Shown here piece after piece: positions 1 through 9,700 of a DNA stretch of 64,000 nucleotides. This stretch comes from an uncultured Sphingorhabdus sp. GTDB taxonomy: Bacteria > Pseudomonadota > Alphaproteobacteria > Sphingomonadales > Sphingomonadaceae. The stretch covers positions 496,930-560,929 of the forward strand of contig CAUOWK010000001.1 of assembly GCA_963508315.1 (NCBI GenBank), given 5' to 3'. Made by a program: the position numbers and the translations under genes. The notes under the pieces are model-generated. The model saw nothing but the letters and a program-made list of their open reading frames with translations, made no database searches and was not told where the DNA came from. Position 1 is the first letter of the stretch, and the number at the start of each line of letters is the position of its first letter.

Positions 1-124
1 GCTCGCGGAGCGACCCGTAGAGCAGCAAGATGCGCGGCGGGTGCGATGCGACCTGCGTGATGCCGAGGGCAGATACTGTCGGGGTGTCGAAAAACAGGCC
101 TTCAACATTGGGCAGGTCCGTCAT
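1..124 (-). CDS. arsH: Arsenical resistance protein ArsH, 5' part (runs off window)
   Basis: Manual translation MTDLPNVEGLFFDTPTVSALGITQVASHPPRILLLYGSLRE matches the ArsH N-terminal motif; ATGA overlap with the arsC stop at 121-124. Confidence 0.85.
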   Translation of the reverse strand, partial: MTDLPNVEGLFFDTPTVSALGITQVASHPPRILLLYGSLRE

Positions 125-528
125 GCAGGAATGACCTCACCGTCTTCTTTGGTGAAATCGCTGCCCAATCCCACAGGCAAAATCTCCAGCACCAATTCTG
201 ACGGGCGGCACAGACGAACGCCAAGCGGCGTTTCGACGAGTGGCCGATTGATTAGGATCGGGTGGGCCATCATCGCGTCAATCAGTGATCCATCACTCAG
301 AGCGGTATCGCCAAGGCCGAGTTCCTGAAACGGCGTCCCTTTCTCGCGCAACAGCGCACGCGGCGAAATACCGGCAGCCGCGATCAACTCTGTCAGTTTC
401 GCTCGTTCTGGTGGCGTTTTCAAATACTCGACGACGTGGGGTTCGGTGCCGGTGGCGCGGATCAGCGCCAAAGTGTTGCGAGACGTTCCGCACGCTGGAT
501 TGTGATAGATGATAATATCGCTGGTCAT
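121..528 (-). CDS. arsC: Arsenate reductase, glutaredoxin-dependent (ArsC/Spx fold)
   Basis: IYHNPACGTSRN active site and HPILINRP motif; lies in the ars operon. Confidence 0.92.
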   Translation of the reverse strand: MTSDIIIYHNPACGTSRNTLALIRATGTEPHVVEYLKTPPERAKLTELIAAAGISPRALLREKGTPFQELGLGDTALSDGSLIDAMMAHPILINRPLVETPLGVRLCRPSELVLEILPVGLGSDFTKEDGEVIPA

Positions 529-1043
529 GCTGGTGTCTCGTCCCGGATCGTGGTGCCTTCGGATTGGCCGATTTCCTTAATTTTACGCCTCATTGCGAGT
601 TCGTCGAGGCTGGCGTGCGGCAGTGCGAGAAACAGTGAAATCCTGTTCTGCATATAGCGAAGCGCCTGTATGAAAGCATCGCGCTGTCCTTCGCCTTCGA
701 CGGCAGCGGGGTCTTCAATCCCCCAATGGCCAGTCATTGGATGGCCTAACCAGACTGGGCAGCTCTCGCCGGCGGCATTGTCGCAAACGGTGAAGATGAA
801 ATCGAACTCGGGCGCATCGGGGCCGGTAAATTCGTCCCAGCTCTTGGAGCGCATCCCTTCGGTGTCGAAACCCAAGCCATTTAGGACAGACAGCGCCATC
901 GGATGAACCTCTCCCTTTGGCTGACTACCGGCACTCCACGCTTTGAAGCGACCTTCTCCGAGCTTGTTCATCAGCGCCTCGCCCAAGATCGAGCGCGCCG
1001 AATTGCCGGTGCATAGAAACAGCACATTATAGGGACGGGTCAT
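525..1043 (-). CDS. arsC: Arsenate reductase, thioredoxin-dependent (LMW-PTPase fold)
   Basis: VLFLCTGNSARS P-loop, TVCD..AGESCP and WGIEDP motifs; start reassigned to MTRPY (1043). Confidence 0.9.
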   Translation of the reverse strand: MTRPYNVLFLCTGNSARSILGEALMNKLGEGRFKAWSAGSQPKGEVHPMALSVLNGLGFDTEGMRSKSWDEFTGPDAPEFDFIFTVCDNAAGESCPVWLGHPMTGHWGIEDPAAVEGEGQRDAFIQALRYMQNRISLFLALPHASLDELAMRRKIKEIGQSEGTTIRDETPA

Positions 1044-1066
1044 CGTTTTTCCTTCGTTTCTGTGTT

Positions 1067-1429
1067 TCACGCTCTCTGACGTGAGATGGATGGTTCGTGC
1101 ACCGGTTCGCACGTCATGTCGGGCAGACAGGCAGCGCCGCCGCAGCAATTTTCCGTGAGGTAGCCAACAAGGCCGTTCATCGCAGCATAGTCAGCCGAAT
1201 AGATGAGCGACCGGCTCTGCCGCGTTTGGCGGATCAGACCGGCGCGGGTCAGGTGGGCCAAGTGAAACGACAGCGAAGAATTAGGAATGTCGAGTGCATC
1301 GGCAATTGCGCCCGCTGCCATCCCGTCTGCGCCTGCCTGAACGAGCAAACGGAAAAGTGCGAGCCGGTTTTCATGCGCCAACGCACCCAATGCGAGGATC
1401 GTCCTGTCAGCGTTAAATCTGTCGGTCAT
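1067..1429 (-). CDS. arsR: ArsR/SmtB-family repressor with C-terminal CC metal site
   Basis: ALAHENRLALFRLL and SSLSFHLAHL HTH; C-terminal ENCCGG; first gene of the ars operon. Confidence 0.9.
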   Translation of the reverse strand: MTDRFNADRTILALGALAHENRLALFRLLVQAGADGMAAGAIADALDIPNSSLSFHLAHLTRAGLIRQTRQSRSLIYSADYAAMNGLVGYLTENCCGGAACLPDMTCEPVHEPSISRQRA

Positions 1430-1436
1430 GGCAAAG

Positions 1437-1470
1437 ACTCATTATTTCGATCATTATCGAAATAACGAGT
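1437..1470. promoter_or_regulatory. Probable ArsR operator (inverted repeat)
   Basis: Perfect 10-bp inverted repeat TTATTTCGAT-catt-ATCGAAATAA (1442-1465) with outer ACTC/GAGT, directly upstream of the arsR ATG. Confidence 0.75.
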
Positions 1471-1588
1471 GCGGCGATGCTGTCAATGATATTTCCAGTA
1501 TTGTCGAACTGCCATGCAATGACGGCCACTGCTCCCTTGCACACCAAAGCCCCGACCGGCAGTGCCGGGCGGGGCGTGGATGCGGTAG

Positions 1589-1915
1589 TCAGTTGCCGTT
1601 TGAGGTGCGGGCGCGTGACCAGATCAGGTTGAAGGTCTTGGCGTCTTCGTCGGCGAACAAGCTGGCGAAGATCGGGGCGTTGAAGCTGGGATCGTCGAGC
1701 TTGATCGAAAGATAGTCGCGGCCTTCCTTGCTGGTCTTGGTCCAAGCTGCACCGATTTCGGCCTTCGCCACGAACACCCGGTGCGAGGGAGCGTTTTCCT
1801 TTTCGCTCGCTTCCTCGGCGACGATGGTGACGTTCTTCTTCTGCAAGCTCATCGTTACGATTTCGCCGGTGTAGTTGGTGTCGCCGGACTTTTTGAATGT
1901 GCCGATATTTGCCAT
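1589..1915 (-). CDS. DUF736 family protein
   Basis: MANIGTFKK..APSHRVF..EIGAAW..GRDYLSIKLDDPSFNAPIFASL..LIWSR signature. Confidence 0.9.
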   Translation of the reverse strand: MANIGTFKKSGDTNYTGEIVTMSLQKKNVTIVAEEASEKENAPSHRVFVAKAEIGAAWTKTSKEGRDYLSIKLDDPSFNAPIFASLFADEDAKTFNLIWSRARTSNGN

Positions 1916-2546
1916 GATTCAATTCCTTGTGTTGGTCGAACCCCGCGCTCATTCGCGGCCTCGATGGCTGGTTTAAGGCAGGGGCTTGCACTGCTGCACC
2001 CGTAGGGCCGCAACGCAGTGGAGGACGGTGCAGGCCGGGGTTTCTTGGTTCCGCGAGGAATGGGCGCAGCCCAGGGGAAGAAACTTCGGGCCAACCGTTG
2101 CAGCAAAGGGCAAGAGGCGCAGCCGTCCGCTGCCAACCAAAGCCATAGACGAGGCCGTGGGTGAGCGCGGTTCTGGCAATCGGACGCAAGGATATTTGGC
2201 AAATGTGGATGCGCGCGTTCAATGTCGGGGCGATTGACGCAATCCGCCAAACTGCCAGCATGGGCTTGCCGAACCTGAACGCATAGTCTGCCGGTGATCT
2301 ACGAGGATGCACCATCGCAGCGAAGCTCGTGGCTGACGCCAATCGGAAAGCTGGCCTGCCACCGCAGCACAGGCCGCGAACCATACGGCCAGAATGACGA
2401 CCGGCCATGCGCCGATCTGCCAGTGTGTTCTCTGGCGACGACCGGTATCACTTCACCCGTTCTGATTGCCGCCTAACCGGACAGCGGCTGACAATGCAGC
2501 CAACCCCGACAGGCATTGCCGGTCGGGGCTTTATGGCGCTCGGGAT

Positions 2547-2580
2547 AAAAACAAGCGCGGGCGGCGCAAAGCCGCCCGCT
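2547..2580 (-). terminator. Rho-independent terminator after parB-like gene
   Basis: GCGGGCGGC-gcaaa-GCCGCCCGC stem with an A-tract on the plus strand (U-tail on minus). Confidence 0.6.
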
Positions 2581-2586
2581 CACCCG

Positions 2587-4413
2587 TCACGCGGCAAGCC
2601 GCTGCTCTTCCAAGTCCTCAATCGCTTCGGCTTCGTCGGCATCGCCGCCCTCGACCGCCTCCGCCGCAACGGCGGCGGGGTCAGGGTCAAGTGGGACTTC
2701 CGGTTCCGCCAGCCATGCCGCACGGCTGGCGGCGGCAACGGTCGCCACGCCGCCGCGCTGCGTATAAGCCGATGGCGGGAACGCCATCCAGCGCGGCACC
2801 CATTGCTCGACCTTGTTACGGTCATTGCTGCCGGTCAGATAGTCATTGATGACAGACTTGATCGTCTTGCCCTTTTCCGTGGCATGGGCCTGCGCCACGG
2901 TATCGCCGCCAACCTCGCGCAACACTTCGGTCAACACCTCGCGGTCGCGGACAAGGCCATAAAAGGCATCATCGGCCACCCAATAGTCGGCCATCTTGAC
3001 GCCAAGGTGAAGGCCGATGGTTTCGATAAGGCCGGTTCCGCTTGCCAGCGTCTCGGCCATAACGACGCCAAGCACCTCCATGACAACCGCGTCGGGCAAT
3101 TCCAGCAACCGCTGGAACAGTCCACTCACGCCATTCCTCGGTTCATGGCCCAAAGTGACGCTCGGTTCGTCGGGGCCAAAACCCAACATGCCAAGCACTG
3201 CGCGGCGGCGCTCGTCGAAGCGTGCTTCGGCAACGCTGGTTTCGATGCTCTCGGTAATAGCTTCGTTTCGGCTGCGCTGATCTTGAACCCTCACGCCCCA
3301 CAGCGGCGAACCGCAAATCGCTTGAGCGACCATCACGCGCAGCGCGACGCCGCTGTTAGCGGCAAGCGCCGACCGCACCGCCGCATGGCGGTGCAGGTCG
3401 ATATAGCTGGTCATGGCTGCGGTGATTTCTGGGCGGGTCGTGCTGGTCTGCCCTTCGGGCGCTTCGCCCTTGGCAATGCGTTTCGCTTCGCGCTCGGTCA
3501 GATAGCCTTCGTGAAACGCCACCTCGCCATTATGGGCAAAGGTCACATAGACCCGCCCGCCTTTGCGCTTCGGCGTGGCCGCGAACTCGTAACGATGGCA
3601 GTATTGCCCATCGGGCAAAACGACAACATCGCTCCACCCGTCCGCGATATAGGCAGTCTTGCGCTCCTCGATGGCGGCGCGCTGCGCGTCCTCGAACTCG
3701 CGCACATCGCCGAAATAGCCGTCCTTCTCGAACAGGTCTTTGACGACACGGCCCTGATAGGTTTCAAGGTCGAACAGCGCGACGCTGGTCGATATGGACG
3801 CGCCGCCGAACAGCCACGCTTTCAACTGGTGGCCTTTGGGGATGGACGATTGCGGGTCGTCGTAGAGCGCCAGCCATGTTTTCTGCTGCGCTTTGGTCGC
3901 CAGCGTCAGATGGCGAACGCTGGTCGCGTCGATCTCCTCGGCGCGGTAAAGCTGGCGGATGCGCGGCAGCAAATTGCCAAGCGCCAAGATGCGCTTGACG
4001 GTCAGTTCGGGCATCCCGAACGTCATGGAGATTTCGTCAGGCGTCCGGCCTTCCTTGACCAACCGCGTGAACGATTCCCATTGCGTCACCTCATCGGGCG
4101 TAAGCCGCGCAAGGTTCTCGATCAACGAGGCTTCGAGGGCGGCGGCATCGTCGCCCGCCTCCATGATCGCGCACGGCAGCGGCTCGGCAACGCCGTTCTC
4201 GTTTGCCACGGTCTGCGCGGCGAGAAAGCGGCGGCTTCCCGCCACAATCTCGAATGTGGTGTCGCTGCCATTGGGCCGCACCAACAGCGGCATGATAATG
4301 CCCCGTGCGCGGATAGATGGCAGAATGCCGCTAATGTCGGGCGACTTCTTGCCGCTCCGCATATTGGCGGGAGAGATTGAAAGCCGGTCAAGGGCGATAT
4401 GGTCAAGTTTCAT
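2587..4413 (-). CDS. Long ParB/RepB/Spo0J-family protein of plasmid/ICE leading regions
   Basis: N-terminal ParBc motifs (SIRARGIIMPLLVRP, IVAGSRR, ASLIENLAR); start placed at MKLDHI. Confidence 0.85.
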   Translation of the reverse strand: MKLDHIALDRLSISPANMRSGKKSPDISGILPSIRARGIIMPLLVRPNGSDTTFEIVAGSRRFLAAQTVANENGVAEPLPCAIMEAGDDAAALEASLIENLARLTPDEVTQWESFTRLVKEGRTPDEISMTFGMPELTVKRILALGNLLPRIRQLYRAEEIDATSVRHLTLATKAQQKTWLALYDDPQSSIPKGHQLKAWLFGGASISTSVALFDLETYQGRVVKDLFEKDGYFGDVREFEDAQRAAIEERKTAYIADGWSDVVVLPDGQYCHRYEFAATPKRKGGRVYVTFAHNGEVAFHEGYLTEREAKRIAKGEAPEGQTSTTRPEITAAMTSYIDLHRHAAVRSALAANSGVALRVMVAQAICGSPLWGVRVQDQRSRNEAITESIETSVAEARFDERRRAVLGMLGFGPDEPSVTLGHEPRNGVSGLFQRLLELPDAVVMEVLGVVMAETLASGTGLIETIGLHLGVKMADYWVADDAFYGLVRDREVLTEVLREVGGDTVAQAHATEKGKTIKSVINDYLTGSNDRNKVEQWVPRWMAFPPSAYTQRGGVATVAAASRAAWLAEPEVPLDPDPAAVAAEAVEGGDADEAEAIEDLEEQRLAA

Positions 4414-4530
4414 GTCACTTACTCCGTTGGGTGGCCCCATCCTCGGGGCATCTTGAGTGGGCGGTGAGGATGGGGCCGGTTGTCCGCACGTTCGGGGGTG
4501 AACGTGCGGGGTCTGCCGCCACCTTGGGGG

Positions 4531-4923
4531 TCAAGGTGGCGGAAGCTCTGAAAGTTCGCTGGCACGGGCGACGGCTGCGGCCTCAAGCCGCGCTTCGTCC
4601 TCGGTAATGCTGCCCGCCACGCGGGCCGCATCGGCATAAATTGTCAGCGGGAAGCGCCCCTCAAAACAAAGGTCGCGCTCGATGGTGAGGCCGAGCGGCA
4701 ACGTCACCGCCGCAAATTCGGCAAGGCTGGCCGAACCCATTTCGGGGCAACCAAAGCCAAGGTCGCAAAGTCCGAACAATATGTCGCCGTCCTCGTCCAG
4801 TTCGGAAAACAGCCAAGTGGCAGCGCCAACGGGATTGAAAAATTTGACGACGGGCGCATGGTCGCCACGGCTTTTGCCGTTGGCTATCAGGCGGGCGCGC
4901 TGGTCTTGGGTAATCAAAAGCAT
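4531..4923 (-). CDS. DUF2958-like protein
   Basis: PVVKFFNPVGAATWL..DILFGLCDLGFGCPEMGSASLAE..IERDL motif; start at MLLITQ. Confidence 0.8.
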   Translation of the reverse strand: MLLITQDQRARLIANGKSRGDHAPVVKFFNPVGAATWLFSELDEDGDILFGLCDLGFGCPEMGSASLAEFAAVTLPLGLTIERDLCFEGRFPLTIYADAARVAGSITEDEARLEAAAVARASELSELPPP

Positions 4924-4936
4924 GGGGAAAATCCTT

Positions 4937-5146
4937 TCAAAACATCTCGATCTGGTTGCGGGCATTGGTGTCGAACAGGCCGTGATCGGCGGGGCGCTGC
5001 GCCTTGCGCGGCTCCAGCGGCGCGTTGGCGCGCATGGCGAGACGGTCGCGGGGCGTGATCGGCGCAACGCCGTAAACAAGTGTCTGCTCACCGATTGGGG
5101 TCTGCTCGGACGCCAGCCGGTCTTTGGAAGGGAGCGCGGCGCTCAT
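4937..5146 (-). CDS. Small hypothetical protein (69 aa)
   Basis: Overlaps the ardC stop by 4 nt and fills the operon gap; plausible composition ending GLFD...QIEMF. Confidence 0.65.
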   Translation of the reverse strand: MSAALPSKDRLASEQTPIGEQTLVYGVAPITPRDRLAMRANAPLEPRKAQRPADHGLFDTNARNQIEMF

Positions 5147-6120
5147 GCCGCCCGCGCCAAGGTGGATTCGCTCTCACGAACGAACGCCAACAGAAAATCC
5201 GCTGCCTTGCTGGCTTGCGATGCCGCCTTGAAAATGGCGCGATTGTCAGCGCGCAGCACGGTAAGCCACGAGCCGAGATAATCCGCATGGCGGACGGTCG
5301 GGACGATACCAAGCGCCGCGCAGAGGTAGGCCGAGGCCAATTCGGCGCATAATTCCTCGCGGGCATAGAGCGCGGAACCGAAACGCCCCGACTGGTCACG
5401 CGCCAGCCGCTCCTTGCTGCCCGTCCAGTGGCCGAGTTCGTGCAAAGCCGTCCGGTAAAAGTCGATCTGGTAGGCAAAGGCCGGTTGCGGCGGCACCTGC
5501 ACATAATCGCCGCCAACGTCATAGAAGGCCCGCGCCCCGCCGATGCGGAAATCCGCACCCGTCGCGGCAATCAACGCTTCCGCGCTGTCATGCTGTTCGC
5601 GGGCCGGTAACGGCGTGGGGTCGGCTGTCAGCCGCTCCGGCAAACCGTCACACTGCGCTGCATTGAACACGACAAAGCGTTTGAGGAACGGAATTGAGCG
5701 GGGTTCGCCCTCCGGCACGTCTCCACCTTCGCGCCCATCGTCGGGCGTGAAGCGGTCAGCATAGAAAATCGTTTGCCCGCGCTCACCCTTGCGAACGCAT
5801 CCGCCAGCGGCCAGCGCCTGCCGGAAGGTCAACCAATCCTGCGACGGGTAGCAGCCATCAATGACCGCGCCCCACAGAATGAGAACATTGACGCCCGAAT
5901 AGGGGCGTCCCGAAACCGCGTTGCGGGGGAGTCCCGGCACTGCTGCCGCCGAACTCCACGGCTGCGCCCACGGGAAGCGGCCCGCTTCTAGCTGGGCGAT
6001 AATCTTCGCCGTCACCTCGTCATAGAGCGAAGCGCGGGGCGTATCGCCCCCGTGCGCGGCGCGCAGCGCCGCCTTACCCTTGCCGCCAAAACTACGTTTC
6101 CGATTGCCAACCGCCATCAC
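5143..6120 (-). CDS. ardC: ArdC-family antirestriction / ssDNA-binding protein (DUF1738 + zincin-like domain)
   Basis: GRFPWAQPW, YSGVNVLILW, WLTFRQA, VRKGERG, HELGHWTG zincin motif, YAREELCAEL. Confidence 0.9.
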   Translation of the reverse strand: MMAVGNRKRSFGGKGKAALRAAHGGDTPRASLYDEVTAKIIAQLEAGRFPWAQPWSSAAAVPGLPRNAVSGRPYSGVNVLILWGAVIDGCYPSQDWLTFRQALAAGGCVRKGERGQTIFYADRFTPDDGREGGDVPEGEPRSIPFLKRFVVFNAAQCDGLPERLTADPTPLPAREQHDSAEALIAATGADFRIGGARAFYDVGGDYVQVPPQPAFAYQIDFYRTALHELGHWTGSKERLARDQSGRFGSALYAREELCAELASAYLCAALGIVPTVRHADYLGSWLTVLRADNRAIFKAASQASKAADFLLAFVRESESTLARAA

Positions 6121-6725
6121 AGCCTCCTCGCCCTAAAAACCACACCGACCCCGGAGAGGGGGGTGGGCGGCAAAGAGCGACCAAGAGGCCCGGCGCGATC
6201 AGGCGCACCTGTAAGGCTGTAACGGAGTGAAAGACCCGGCTTGCGGGTTGCGCCTGAGCGCGGCGGGCCTAGCCGGAAGCGCCGCCCATCCCCCTCTTCG
6301 GGGACGGCACAAAATCGCCGGCGCACCCGCGCCGTCCAAAATCAGTCGAATATCATTGAAAGAACATCGCCGCGCAGCGGCCGAGCAAGAACGGCACCCT
6401 TGCACGGCGCGACGCCAGCCGGACGTCCTGCGCGCGGGCCTGTGGGCCAGCGGGCGTCCGGCCAGGAGAGAGGCAAGAGTGCCAGCGGGTCAGCCAAAAG
6501 ACTCCGCACCCTCAAGGAGCGCGTTAGCAGCGGGAAAGAGTGCGACCTTAGAAAATCCCGCTCATTTTCCGGGGCGTTGCGGGGTGTCCCCGCAGAAGGG
6601 GTCCGGCGAAACCGCGTAGCGGGTTTGGCGGCAGGGGAAAGCTTTCCCCAGATAAATTCACAGCTTTTACGAAAAGGTACAAAATAGGAACTTACATCCG
6701 CAAGACTATCTGGCAGAACAACAAA

Positions 6726-9700
6726 ATGGATATTGACGCGATCATTGCGGCAAACGCTCCGCCCGATACGCCATCGGGCGCGATCACAAATACGCCAAAA
6801 CTGTATTCGTTCTTCCGAAAGCTGGATGCTGTTGGCACGGCCTCGATGTTAGCGGGCTTGCAGACGTTCTCAGATCATCAAGCAAACTACAGACTTGAAT
6901 GGGCTGCACGATTGGCGTTGGCAGTGGGGTCCGGAAATATACTGCCCAATCCGCCACAGCTTCGCACCCTACTCAATGACCTTCTTGAGAAGAGCCGCGT
7001 GAATCGGCTTGAAGATCCACTTGAGGACGTCATGGTGTCCGCCATTCCCACCGCGCAAGGTGATTATAGACTCCTCACGGGACTTTGGGAAAAGGCTGCG
7101 CATCATACAGAGTCGGTCCTGCGCGCGTTCGAGCGTCTGCCGGACGACGAGCAGAAGCAAGCCGCACTCATACGCGCCTATGCGTTGTTGCAGATTTCAG
7201 ATTTGATCTGCGAGCGTTCAAACCTTGCTGCAAACGCAATGGGCGTTAGCAACCCACGCGAACCGATGCGGCTGACCGGCGTTGGGTTGCTCGCAACCGC
7301 GAAGGCGCGCGTCGAGTTTGGCTGGGACGAGTTGACGGCGTTAGGAGTGTCGAAGGAAATTTTAACGCCATTCCTGCTTCCGCCAACGGCATTTGCGGAT
7401 TTGCTGGAAAAGGCGCTCGGCGACTCCGAGTTAGAGTTCCGGCCCCTTGTGCAAACAGAAGCGGGGATCGCTGTAGTCGCGCCGACGAATTTATCGACGG
7501 CTATTCGTAGCCACCTGATCAACTTAGCGATTGCAGGCGGACAAGGTGATGCCCTGCGCCGCAAGCTGCTACTGGTGCATTCTGAGATCATCGAAACCGG
7601 CAGTTTCACCCGAATGGTGGGGCAAATCAGCGCATTTGGGCATGATGGATATTGCCGAGAGCACATCCAGAAATTGTGCGAGGGAAGATATGTCCATGCC
7701 ATTCAGGCAATCGACGGCTTTGGTGCTTGGCCAAAAAATGCTTTTTGCGCCGATAGCGATGTCGGCAGCAACGCCTTCGGTAATGCTTTGGCTGGCGCAA
7801 TTGCCACGGCTCAAGCCGAGATTGAGGCCAAAACCGACTTCATTGCAGGTGTCAGTTTTGTATTCTTGAGCGGCTGGGGATCGGGCCATTCGTTCAGTTG
7901 GCCCCGTAATGCCGCAATGTCGCGGTGGCAGATCATTTTCATGGAACCCGAAGACGCAATGTTCCTTGGTGCCTGCGAAGACGGAAAGATCGAGGACATT
8001 TGGCGAATGGACAAGCAGCGTGAGCTTGTTGCAGCCCAAGGATTTCATTTCCAGAACGCAAACGGACTCCTTAACATTTTCGAATGGTGGCGAAGCACCA
8101 ACAGCATGTTCATTCCCGAGCATGTCTTGGACGCCCAACCGCCCACTACAATCTATTTCGATACCAATCTGCTGCTCGAAGCCCGGCGGGAGGCGGTCGA
8201 AGCACTGGGTAGACATTGCCTGCCAACACCAAGCGGCAACCCGTTGTTGGTGATGCGACTAGATACCAAGAGCCACTTTTCGGGGCGACAGCCCGTATTC
8301 GCATCAATGGCGGCAGCAAAGTCAGGAATCCTGATGGCAGCGGTAGAGTGTGAACGCGGCGTTGTCTGGGTTCAACTAATGACCGACCGCGACGACCCTA
8401 ACGCATTTGATGCTCACGAAACATGGTCCGCATTGCTTGCTTGGGCGGGACGGTTGCTTGATCCATTTCTGCGTCAGCACGGTCTCCAACTGAATAAGCC
8501 GATTCTCATCCGTTTCGTTGTCGGCTTCCAAAAAGATCGCGATCTTCAGGACATGACCGATGCCGAAATCCTTGAAACGGTCAGCGTTGGTTGGGATCAT
8601 GTCAGCGGTTGCATCGGGCTTTTTGCAGCCCCTGCATGGCATATTGGCTTGCAGCGCAAAGAGAATATCGCCGAAGCTGTGCTGGCGGCAAATTTCTTGT
8701 CGGGTGTCGCTAGTGCGACCGGAACGACGATTTCGCCTGCTCATCTGGTCGATTTCGCGGTGAAGGAAATTGGCAGCCCCTTTGCGCGATGGCGGCATTC
8801 ATTTCTGGCTGAGCGCCCCATAGATATGCTCAAGGCACTTGGTTTGGTGCCCCGTTTCCGCGCCATCCCCCAATCCGCCGCCGCACTGGTCAAAACGGGA
8901 CTTGGCTGGATGAGTCAGTCAAGATCAGATGGCTATTTGATCGAAGGCAAGGCCGAATGCCGCGCTTTTCTCGATGATCAGCACAATCGGCTGCTGCACT
9001 CACTTCTGATCGAGGTAGCAAAATATGACCGCCATAGCCTTGTTGGTGCCTGCCTTACCGCTATGCAGGCCGCTCAAGGAGATGGACGGGGCTGGCAGGA
9101 AACCGCGTTGGCTTTGCAGTCCATTCACGGACGACAGGAAGATTTTGACGTTAGTTTTAATCAAGGCGGTAAGGCCAATGCCGTCATCCGTGCTGCGTCC
9201 ATGCTGGTGGAACTCGCGGTCGCAGAATCACCGGTTTCCGGCGGAAGGCCGATCGGCTATTTCGATTTCGACGAACTCCAAGCCCATGCCGCATTGCTAT
9301 TCAAGAACGCGGATACGATCCCGGCGATAGAGGGTGGGTGGATAAAGGCCACGATCAAAATCGCGCCAACAGGTGACGTATTGCTTGATCGGTCATTTGA
9401 AGAGGCAAGCCTGCAAAAGGCGGCTGAAATTCGTCATCAAGGCGAGCGCGACACTAAGGCAGAGCGTCAGGGCAATACAAGCACAGACCCGGGCGGCATG
9501 TCTGATCCCGGCGCAGCACTTACGGCAGCAATAGAAGCCGAATTTGGGGTAGGCGATGATTTGTATTTCGGGTTTGCCAATGCGCTCTCGATCATCGCTG
9601 AAACCGTAAAATCTGGCGTTTTCTCGATGCGACGGTCCGAACTGCGAATGGCGGTAAATGGTCAGGACGAGCAGTTGCGAGACCTTTCACCGCTCATAGA

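Noticed and set aside
1413-2408. 331-aa minus-strand ORF spanning DUF736
   Set aside because: Out of frame with the recognisable DUF736 gene; Arg/Pro-rich composition typical of spurious frames.
2407-4380. 657-aa plus-strand ORF
   Set aside because: Antisense shadow of the parB-like gene; no motifs. Other long antisense ORFs over GC-rich genes (e.g. 15534-16547, 58832-60064, 60844-61782, 62699-63628) were rejected for the same reason.
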